Notes under the pieces: generated by a model
The model's input: only the letters and a program-made list of their open reading frames with translations
Databases searched by the model: none
What the model was told of the DNA's origin: nothing
Made by a program: the position numbers and the translations under genes
Origin: Candidatus Falkowbacteria bacterium
GTDB lineage: Bacteria > Patescibacteriota > Patescibacteriia > UBA11705 > JABHMO01
Assembly: GCA_018674305.1 (NCBI GenBank)
Contig: JABHAL010000013.1
Span: 74,553 to 128,386, forward strand
DNA: 53,834 bases
Direction: 5' to 3'
In this document: in pieces, positions 42,879-49,305 of the stretch
Layout: every line of letters begins with the position of its first letter
How positions within the stretch are numbered: the first letter of the stretch is position 1

Positions 42879-42904
42879 AAAAACGCCTAATTGGGCGTTT
42901 TTTG
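42879..42904 (+). terminator. Intrinsic terminator
   Basis: AACGCC-TAATTG-GGCGTT followed by T6. Confidence 0.8.
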
Positions 42905-42952
42905 ATAGGCTTGAAGAAGTGTTTATTGTTGATTCTTTAATATTGACAAAAA

Positions 42953-42981
42953 TTGACAGCCCTGTTAATGTAATTTATTGT
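42953..42981 (+). promoter_or_regulatory. Sigma70-type promoter (TTGACA-17-TATTGT), with a second TTGACA at 42943
   Basis: Two TTGACA boxes lie 10 nt apart. The alternative -10 is TAATGT at 42966-42971. Confidence 0.5.
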
Positions 42982-42997
42982 CTAAGTAGTTAGACAA
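42978..42997. promoter_or_regulatory. Perfect palindrome TTGTCTAA-GTAG-TTAGACAA (operator candidate)
   Basis: An 8-4-8 inverted repeat overlapping the -10/TSS region upstream of the 43027 gene. Confidence 0.4.
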
Positions 42998-43026
42998 ACC
43001 TTTGATAAATCCACAAGGAGGATTAA

Positions 43027-44172
43027 ATGAGAGTGATTGAGATTCCTGGTGTTGAAAAGAGAGAAGTTCCTTTACGTCAGGTGCCGAACGAGGCATTTCT
43101 CAAGTCGGTTATTGGTGAGGGTACTATTAAAAAGACTCATTTTTTAAGTCGGTCGGACTTGGTTAATCTGAAGACAGAATTTGATGGTGTTGACATTAAG
43201 AATATGTCAGATGATCAGAGATCTAGGTATTGGGACGAAAGAGATAATTTTTTTTCAGCCGCAACCGTAAGTCATTTTGTTCAGGCGGCTCATTTGGCTT
43301 TTGCTAACCATGTTCCTTTTTCCTTGAGTCCTGAAGTTCTGTGGTATGCGATTGCGCACGAGATTGCTTTTCACGTCAAGGACAATACTGCTCAGTATGC
43401 GCACTTGTTTACAGATACGCCGGGAGCGAAGCAACTTATTGAAGTGCGTGATGACACTTTTGTCTATGAAGATCAGAATGATTGGTTGAGTGCAATCAAT
43501 AAGTTCCGTAAACCACTTCGTGAGCGTATGCCCACTGGTATCATGGAACTTTGCTTACCGCAGTTTTCTACTCTCACACCAGAGAGCGAGACTGCCATTA
43601 CCGTTACTTTCATGGACACTGTTTCAGAATACTTTCATTTTCGGTTCAGCACTTTGTGTGGTATTCCATCGTTCCGAATGGAAGGCACAGTTGATGACTG
43701 GAAATTGCTGGCTGGCTCAGTTCGTGCTCTGTCGGGGCACATCACTGGTTTGACGCAGTATTTCACTGTTCTTCAGGAAGTTCTGGATAAGCTGGTAGTT
43801 GAGTACGAAAGTACGCGACCTGATCTAGATTTCTGGGACTCGTTTTACAAGATTGGTCATGGGTCTGGTGGCCCATATGTGAATGGCTGGGTTAATATCT
43901 TGTTTGCCCATGGTTACATTTGGAAGTCGGAAGAAGGCACCAAGTTCCGGATCAAAACCAAATGGAAAAATGTAGCTGATTGTCAGCGTGGAGGCAGCTT
44001 TGGTGGAACAACCACAAATCAGTTCCCCTCGCATGTTTCTAAGGTGGATTTCATTTGGAACTATTACGGGAAACACATTCCTATGATGCTCATCTCTGGC
44101 GTATTTGGAACGGAGATGGAAGATGGTTTCCTGACTCCTAAGCTGGGAGTTGGAGTAATCGAAAAAACGTAA
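43027..44172 (+). CDS. Hypothetical protein, possibly DUF4419-like (G+C-richer)
   Basis: 381 aa with AAGGAGG 7 nt upstream. LSPEVLWYAIAHEIAFHV and CGIPSFRMEGTVDDW match my recollection of DUF4419 blocks. Confidence 0.7.
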   Translation: MRVIEIPGVEKREVPLRQVPNEAFLKSVIGEGTIKKTHFLSRSDLVNLKTEFDGVDIKNMSDDQRSRYWDERDNFFSAATVSHFVQAAHLAFANHVPFSLSPEVLWYAIAHEIAFHVKDNTAQYAHLFTDTPGAKQLIEVRDDTFVYEDQNDWLSAINKFRKPLRERMPTGIMELCLPQFSTLTPESETAITVTFMDTVSEYFHFRFSTLCGIPSFRMEGTVDDWKLLAGSVRALSGHITGLTQYFTVLQEVLDKLVVEYESTRPDLDFWDSFYKIGHGSGGPYVNGWVNILFAHGYIWKSEEGTKFRIKTKWKNVADCQRGGSFGGTTTNQFPSHVSKVDFIWNYYGKHIPMMLISGVFGTEMEDGFLTPKLGVGVIEKT

Positions 44173-44179
44173 AAACATA

Positions 44180-44213
44180 TCCCTTCAGTACATTGTACTG
44201 AGGGGATTTTTTA
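44180..44213 (+). terminator. Intrinsic terminator
   Basis: CCCTTCAGT...ACTGAGGGG stem followed by a T-run. Confidence 0.8.
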
Positions 44214-44228
44214 TTTGCCCATTTAGTC

Positions 44229-44281
44229 GCCTGGCCCTGAAACGGCCAGGCTAGTGTTAGTGAAGGCCCCTAAACGGGCCT
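44229..44281. repeat. REP-like arm (left)
   Basis: H1 is GCCTGGCC-CTGAAAC-GGCCAGGC (44229-44251). H2 is AGGCCC-CTAAAC-GGGCCT (44264-44281). Confidence 0.8.
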
Positions 44282-44298
44282 GTAGATAAGGTTAAAGA

Positions 44299-44715
44299 TT
44301 ATGTCAATCTGGGTATTTCTTCAAAAACACTGATCAAATCATTGTCTTTGTGTTTTTGTTTTTGGTTTTTGATATATTCAGCCACAAATGGTAACTGTTT
44401 CTCAGCCAAACTTAAAACGCCAAAACCTGTTTGCCAATAAAATATTTTTTCATCAAGAATAGCATTTATATAATGAGAGGAACTTCCCTTAATTGAGTTT
44501 ACAAAGGCTGAAACACTTATCTTTGGCGGAATTCTTGCTAATAAATGTAAATGATCTTCGACCATTTCAAGTTTTAATTGTTTGGCATTCAATTTCAGGG
44601 TTTTGTGGGGAATAAATTGTTTTAGCTGGTTTTCAATTTGTGTAGTAATAATTGGCGAGCGGTTTTTAGTGGCCCAAATAAAATGATAAAATAGTTTATA
44701 ATAGGATGTTGGCAT
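44299..44715 (-). CDS. REP-associated tyrosine transposase / IS200-family Y1 transposase
   Basis: 138 aa with YHFIWATKNR, the HUH motif DHLHLL, and a C-terminal catalytic-Tyr context EYIKNQ. Confidence 0.85.
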   Translation of the reverse strand: MPTSYYKLFYHFIWATKNRSPIITTQIENQLKQFIPHKTLKLNAKQLKLEMVEDHLHLLARIPPKISVSAFVNSIKGSSSHYINAILDEKIFYWQTGFGVLSLAEKQLPFVAEYIKNQKQKHKDNDLISVFEEIPRLT

Positions 44716-44745
44716 ATTTATGTTTTATGAATTAAATACAGGTTC

Positions 44746-44798
44746 AGCCCCGTTTACGGGGGTTTGTTGCTACTAGCCTGGCCGTTTCAGGGCCAGGC
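44746..44798. repeat. REP-like arm (right)
   Basis: GCCTGGCCGTTTCAGGGCCAGGC (44776-44798) is the exact reverse complement of 44229-44251. The CCCCG-TTTA-CGGGG hairpin lies at 44748-44761. Confidence 0.8.
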
Positions 44799-44912
44799 GG
44801 CTTAGTTGGTGGACTTATATTCATTGTGACAGTCGAATAATTAAATTCCTAACAAAATGTTATACACACTCGTCAAGATTTTTTAAATAATGATTTGTCC
44901 ATGGTGCAATAT

Positions 44913-44946
44913 AAAAAATCCTGACGTATCTGGCCGACAGGATTTT
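44913..44946 (-). terminator. Intrinsic terminator of the LCP gene
   Basis: AATCCTG...CAGGATT stem followed by T6 on the minus strand. Confidence 0.7.
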
Positions 44947-44971
44947 AAGCATTAATAAGTTGTGATTGATT

Positions 44972-46267
44972 TTATTCCAGTAAACTACCCAATAAATCCT
45001 TACCCTTGTTTTCCCAGTCGGTTAGTTCACGTACTTGCATGTTGATTATATAATCAGAAATAATTTGTTTTTCTAGTTCGTTGTCATCGAATAACTCGAG
45101 GTATTTAGTTAATAATTCATAATGGATTCCATTCCGCTTGTTGTCATCCTCAATTTGCAGCCAAATTTCATTTTCATAAGCTTGTTTAGTGAAATCAGAG
45201 TTATTGATTTCTAGTTGAATTTGCTTCATTATTAGAGTCTGCATTTCTTGTTCAGATAGTCCGCTGAAGTCACCTTCGGGTAAACGTTCAGTATGTTTAA
45301 TTAGTAATTTGTCTAACTGCTCTTCTAAATTTTCTTGATCATAATAAATATCCATAATTATCAGTTTTTCTTCTTGTTCAGGCGTGTCTTCCGGAGTTTC
45401 AGTGGGGGAGGTATTTTCTTCGGACTCTTGTTTCTCTATTAATTCTTGGTTTTCTTCTACTTTCTTTTTTACTGTTGGTTCTGGCTTGACCAAAGTATTA
45501 ATTTGGCCAGCATTCTTGGCCAAATCAAAAGCACTTACAACCTTGACAATATCCTGAACTTGTTGAAATGATAAATCGGTTTTGAGCATTTTGTAAATTA
45601 TGTATTGCCAAACTTTATTAGGGTCAGAATCTTCTTCACCAAGATATTTAATTAACATTTGTTTGATAAAAGTGGAATGATTGTGAGCCCGTTGTGGCTC
45701 ACCAATAGCAAAACCTTGGCGGTTCCGTAGCCATTGCAAAGTTTCAGTTGTGGGCAGTTTTAATTCACGGAAAATGCCCATGGCCTGTGAAAAACCAACA
45801 ATTGCAATGTAATCAGCTTTCTGTCCTAATGTTTTTTCAATTTGTTCAATGCCGTATTCTAAACCGACCACTCCGCAAGCATTACTTAAATAATAATCAC
45901 TTGGAAGATGTCCGGTTCCAGGCAAGGGGGAGTAGGTTCCGCGAGGAACAGCGGTAATAGTAATTGTTTTGTAGTTTTTATCAATTTCAATAAACTGAAT
46001 TGCGTCGCAATGACCAGTTTTGTCACTGACTCGGGAATCAACTCCTAGGAGCAAAATTTTAATCTTATTGTCGTCTCCAAAAGGATCAGCCTTCTCTGTT
46101 AAATCAGCAGTTTTGCGATCAAACAAAAGTTGGTCAATCTGTAGATCGACTTGTTGCTGTTTTAGACGATTTTCCTTATTTTTGAAATATGTAATTGAAG
46201 CTTTTATGGCTAGTCCAGTAATCAGGATAAGGAAAATGATCAATAATAGTTTAAGGATTCTTTTCAT
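44972..46267 (-). CDS. LytR-CpsA-Psr (LCP) family protein with an acidic C-terminal extension
   Basis: N-terminal TM helix, and ILLLGVDSR...GHCDAIQFIEID typical of the LCP core. Confidence 0.65.
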   Translation of the reverse strand: MKRILKLLLIIFLILITGLAIKASITYFKNKENRLKQQQVDLQIDQLLFDRKTADLTEKADPFGDDNKIKILLLGVDSRVSDKTGHCDAIQFIEIDKNYKTITITAVPRGTYSPLPGTGHLPSDYYLSNACGVVGLEYGIEQIEKTLGQKADYIAIVGFSQAMGIFRELKLPTTETLQWLRNRQGFAIGEPQRAHNHSTFIKQMLIKYLGEEDSDPNKVWQYIIYKMLKTDLSFQQVQDIVKVVSAFDLAKNAGQINTLVKPEPTVKKKVEENQELIEKQESEENTSPTETPEDTPEQEEKLIIMDIYYDQENLEEQLDKLLIKHTERLPEGDFSGLSEQEMQTLIMKQIQLEINNSDFTKQAYENEIWLQIEDDNKRNGIHYELLTKYLELFDDNELEKQIISDYIINMQVRELTDWENKGKDLLGSLLE

Positions 46268-46338
46268 ATGTGCTAATCTGTAACTAAGTTCATTTTACTA
46301 CAAATGGTAAATTGAGCAAGGGGTGGGTGCTTGACTTA

Positions 46339-46390
46339 GGAATAAAAAAACGACGAACACAAGTTCATCGTTTTTTTATGGCTCGGGGAC
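46339..46390. repeat. Direct repeat copy 1 (terminator plus the last 12 nt of tRNA-Gln)
   Basis: 52 nt, identical to 46524-46574 except for one extra A in the A-run. Confidence 0.9.
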
Positions 46391-46523
46391 CTGCCTGCCG
46401 GTAGGCAGACTAGGAATCTCACGCGTCACTCCGTGTACTCGTGGAAGGGCTTCCGCCCCTCCAGCTCCCCCAGAAAGTAAGGGAATTCTTCCCTTACCAT
46501 CCCTGGTTCGATTCATTGCTTTT
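46379..46523 (-). ncRNA. Candidate structured RNA or att-site remnant ending in a tRNA-like 3' end
   Basis: On the minus strand it holds a GNRA hairpin GGAGGGGC-GGAA-GCCCTTCC (46443-46462, G.U only on this strand). It also holds a 9-bp hairpin at 46477-46497 and a 20-nt palindrome at 46391-46410. It ends ...GATTCCTAG[insert]TCCCCGAGCCA followed by its own copy of the terminator. Confidence 0.35.
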
Positions 46524-46574
46524 GGAATAAAAAACGACGAACACAAGTTCATCGTTTTTTTATGGCTCGGGGAC
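46524..46574. repeat. Direct repeat copy 2 (terminator plus tRNA-Gln 3' end)
   Basis: See copy 1. Confidence 0.9.
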
Positions 46575-46636
46575 TAGGAATCGAACCTAGATTGCCTGGA
46601 CCAAAACCAGGTGTCCTACCATTAGACGATCCCCGA
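46563..46636 (-). tRNA. tRNA-Gln (anticodon UUG), CCA encoded
   Basis: Hand-folded cloverleaf: acceptor TCGGGGA/TCCCCGA, D arm GTCT-AATGGTA-GGAC, anticodon arm CCTGG-TTTTGGT-CCAGG, T arm CTAGG-TTCGATT-CCTAG, discriminator G, then CCA. Total 74 nt. Confidence 0.85.
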
Positions 46637-46774
46637 ACGGATTAAAGTTCAAAGTAGGAAATTCAATTTAACTAATAATATACTAGCTTAATTTTTTATG
46701 AAAGTCAAGGTTGAAAAAGAGGAAGTAGGTTTATTGATTGAAAAATGTTGTTATTCTTGTTATATTCTAGTTAT

Positions 46775-47344
46775 ATGAAAAAAACTTATTTAGTTACAAT
46801 TATCGTATTATTGATCGTGTTAATTTTAGCAGTACTAACAGTGCTATATTATTTAAATCAGACCGATGAAGGTTTTTGCTTTGGTGGAAAGTGTAATGAA
46901 CAGCCTTTGGAAGGCCAAGTTAACGTCACAGATTACGATTCTTGTGTAAAAGCTGGATACCCGATAATGGAGAGCTATCCTGAACAGTGTAGTGACGGGA
47001 CAAATACTTATGTACACAAGTTGGACAAAATATTATTAGAAAATTTAAAATCAGGACAAGAAATTTCCAGTCCTTTGAAGATAACTGGTAGCGCACCTGG
47101 TGATTGGTATTTTGAAGCTGATTTCCCAGTTGTCCTCACTGATTGGGATGGTTTAATTATTGCTGAGGGATATGCTGGAGCTATTGATAGTTGGATGACG
47201 GAAAGGTATGTGCCGTTCAAAGCAACTTTAACTTTTGAAAAACCTACTTACAAAAATAATGGCACTTTAATTTTTCAAAAAGACAATCCTTCCGGTTTAC
47301 CGGAGAATGATGATTCTTTCGAAGTTCCAATTTTGTTTAAATAA
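46775..47344 (+). CDS. Gmad2 immunoglobulin-like domain protein, membrane-anchored
   Basis: Start set at MKKTYLVTII. The C-terminal block is ITGSAPGDWYFEADFPVVLTDWDGLIIAEGYA...VPFKATLTF. Confidence 0.65.
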   Translation: MKKTYLVTIIVLLIVLILAVLTVLYYLNQTDEGFCFGGKCNEQPLEGQVNVTDYDSCVKAGYPIMESYPEQCSDGTNTYVHKLDKILLENLKSGQEISSPLKITGSAPGDWYFEADFPVVLTDWDGLIIAEGYAGAIDSWMTERYVPFKATLTFEKPTYKNNGTLIFQKDNPSGLPENDDSFEVPILFK

Positions 47345-47345
47345 T

Positions 47346-47507
47346 ATGAAAAAAATAATACTGACAATTTGTTTGTTGTTAGTTTTGCTATTAGGAATTT
47401 TGATCATTGTATATGCTGGAATTGATGATAGTCCTGGTGGTCAAATGATTGGCGTGATTTTAATTGTTTTTAGTATTGTTTATTCAATAAAGCTTATAAA
47501 AAAATAG
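47346..47507 (+). CDS. Small two-TM membrane protein
   Basis: 53 aa starting at ATG 47346, 1 nt after the upstream stop. The track start at 47307 overlaps the previous gene. Confidence 0.55.
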   Translation: MKKIILTICLLLVLLLGILIIVYAGIDDSPGGQMIGVILIVFSIVYSIKLIKK

Positions 47508-47513
47508 CTGTGT

Positions 47514-48611
47514 ATGAGAAAAATAATCCTAATAATTTGCATACTATTAATTTTACCTAACTTTGTTTTTGCTCAAGAAGCTGAGCAGGTTTTTAAGGCT
47601 GAAGTTTTGGAAGTTTTAGCTGAAAAAACGTTAGAACGAGAAGACGGCTCAACCGTTCTTCAGCAGAATATACGATTAACAGGATTAGACGGTGAATTCA
47701 AAGATCAGGATTTTATTATCAATGGAGTAAGTGATATTGATGTTTTTAAATCAGTCACTGTGAAAAAAGGGGATAAGGTTTTTGTGGCTAGGGCAGTCGA
47801 TTTTGAAGGTAATGAAAAATTTTATTTAACCGACTATGAGCGAACCGGCTGGCTATATTTCCTAGCTTTTCTGTTTGCCTTGTTAATTGTTCTGGTGGGA
47901 AAGAGACGCGGTCTATTAGCCTTACTTAGTTTGATTCTGACGTTTTTGGTTATCATGAAATTTGTTATCCCTTTAATCCTTGCTGGATATTCAGCTATGC
48001 TGGTAAGTATCTCGGGTGCTTTAATTATTCTGGGGCTAGTTATTTATGTAACCTGGGGATTTAAATTAAAGGCGCATATTGCGGTCATAAGTATTTTTAT
48101 TAGTTTATTTATTACTGGCCTGATTTCTATAATTTTTTCAAAACTTACTCATCTAACAGGTTTGGCTTCAGAAGATGCTTTGTTTTTAATCAATCCGAAC
48201 AGTCCTCCAATCGATTTATCTGGTTTATTGTTGGCTGGAATTATAATCGGGACGCTGGGTGTTCTCGATGATGTAGTGATTAGTCAGATTTCGGCCGTTG
48301 AACAACTAAAAGCAGCTAATCCAAAGTTAAAAGGCAAGGAACTTTACAAAAAGGCAATTCATATAGGTATTGATCACATAAGTTCGATGACTAACACTTT
48401 GTTTTTGGCTTATGCTGGTGCAGCTTTGCCGTTGCTACTTTTGTTTGGACAGGGTGGTGCTCAGCAAGTTGGCTTTACAGCAGTTATAAATAATGAACTT
48501 ATTGCTACAGAAATTGTTCGAACTTTGACTGGTAGTATTGGTTTGATTCTAGCAGTTCCGATTTCAACGGTGTTAGCAACGCGGTGGTTGGTGAAGAAGC
48601 ATAATAAGTGA
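47514..48611 (+). CDS. YibE/F-like membrane protein
   Basis: Signal peptide, extracytoplasmic N-domain, then multiple TM helices with GTLGVLDDVVISQISAV. Confidence 0.65.
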   Translation: MRKIILIICILLILPNFVFAQEAEQVFKAEVLEVLAEKTLEREDGSTVLQQNIRLTGLDGEFKDQDFIINGVSDIDVFKSVTVKKGDKVFVARAVDFEGNEKFYLTDYERTGWLYFLAFLFALLIVLVGKRRGLLALLSLILTFLVIMKFVIPLILAGYSAMLVSISGALIILGLVIYVTWGFKLKAHIAVISIFISLFITGLISIIFSKLTHLTGLASEDALFLINPNSPPIDLSGLLLAGIIIGTLGVLDDVVISQISAVEQLKAANPKLKGKELYKKAIHIGIDHISSMTNTLFLAYAGAALPLLLLFGQGGAQQVGFTAVINNELIATEIVRTLTGSIGLILAVPISTVLATRWLVKKHNK

Positions 48612-48639
48612 TAAGTATTAAGTGTTGAGTATTGAGTAA

Positions 48640-48666
48640 GAACCCTTTTTAAAAGGGGTTTTTTAT
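48640..48666 (+). terminator. Intrinsic terminator
   Basis: AACCC...GGGTT stem followed by T6. Confidence 0.6.
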
Positions 48667-48671
48667 TGCTA

Positions 48672-48700
48672 TTGACAAAATATATATTTTGAGATAATAT
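48672..48700 (+). promoter_or_regulatory. Sigma70-type promoter (TTGACA-17-TAATAT) containing a 16-bp palindrome
   Basis: -35 at 48672-48677 and -10 at 48695-48700. CAAAATAT/ATATTTTG lies at 48676-48691. Confidence 0.6.
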
Positions 48701-48736
48701 GACCAGTCCGCTAACTTGACCTAAAAAGGAGGGGAA

Positions 48737-49141
48737 ATGAGAGGACAAAAAGGGTATACTTTGATTGAGTTGATGATTGTGGTTGCGATCATCGGGATTG
48801 TAGCAGTTGGTATCTGTTACTTCTTGGTAATCAAGGGTGTACTTCAAGGAAACTTTTGGACGTTTCCTGAAAAGGCACAACTGCAGTGTGTGCAACGATT
48901 GGATCCATCAGCGGATGAGATCACTTATCGCGAACGTACACTCTTTGCCCTGTCGCCAACTGAAGTGAAAAATGCGAATGGTGATAAGGTGACTTACTAT
49001 CTGGACACCAATATTTTGCAGAACTGTACTGCATATTCAGATATCGAAGGTGAAAAGAAGGAAGTACTTTTGCCCAAGCCGAAGCCTAAGAAGACAGAAA
49101 GTTCGGAGACTAATCAGTCGAGTTCTGCTGTTCAGTACTAA
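48737..49141 (+). CDS. Type IV pilin-like protein (prepilin N-terminal methylation motif)
   Basis: MRGQKG/YTLIELMIVVAIIGIVAV has Glu at +5. AAGGAGGGG lies upstream. G+C-richer than the flanks. Confidence 0.7.
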   Translation: MRGQKGYTLIELMIVVAIIGIVAVGICYFLVIKGVLQGNFWTFPEKAQLQCVQRLDPSADEITYRERTLFALSPTEVKNANGDKVTYYLDTNILQNCTAYSDIEGEKKEVLLPKPKPKKTESSETNQSSSAVQY

Positions 49142-49149
49142 TGAAACAT

Positions 49150-49182
49150 AGCCCAGGTAACATTGTTACTTGGGCTTTTTTG
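49150..49182 (+). terminator. Intrinsic terminator
   Basis: An 11-bp stem GCCCAGGTAAC/GTTACTTGGGC followed by T6. Confidence 0.85.
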
Positions 49183-49305
49183 TTTTGACTAAATTAAGGA
49201 AATTAGGTAAACTTGAGGTAAGAAAATAGGGCTAGACGGGGCTAAACAAGAAAACAGGTTATAATAATCTTGCTATCTTCTTATCCCTTCTTATCCCTTC
49301 TTCCT

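Larger units (their letters stand above)
44229..44798 (-). mobile_element. REPtron-like unit: a RAYT/IS200-like Y1 transposase flanked by inverted double-hairpin repeats
   Basis: The left arm at 44229-44281 and the right arm at 44746-44798 are reverse complements in the order H1-12nt-H2 ... H2'-12nt-H1'. Confidence 0.75.

Noticed and set aside
46500-46520. Plus-strand GGTTCGATTC T-loop-like sequence, considered as a second tRNA.
   Set aside because: The flanking 5-mers (CCTGG/CATTG) cannot form a T-stem, and no acceptor or anticodon arms can be drawn.
48461-48895. Track ORF 48461..48895(-).
   Set aside because: It spans a terminator, a promoter and parts of two plus-strand genes with strong coding evidence.
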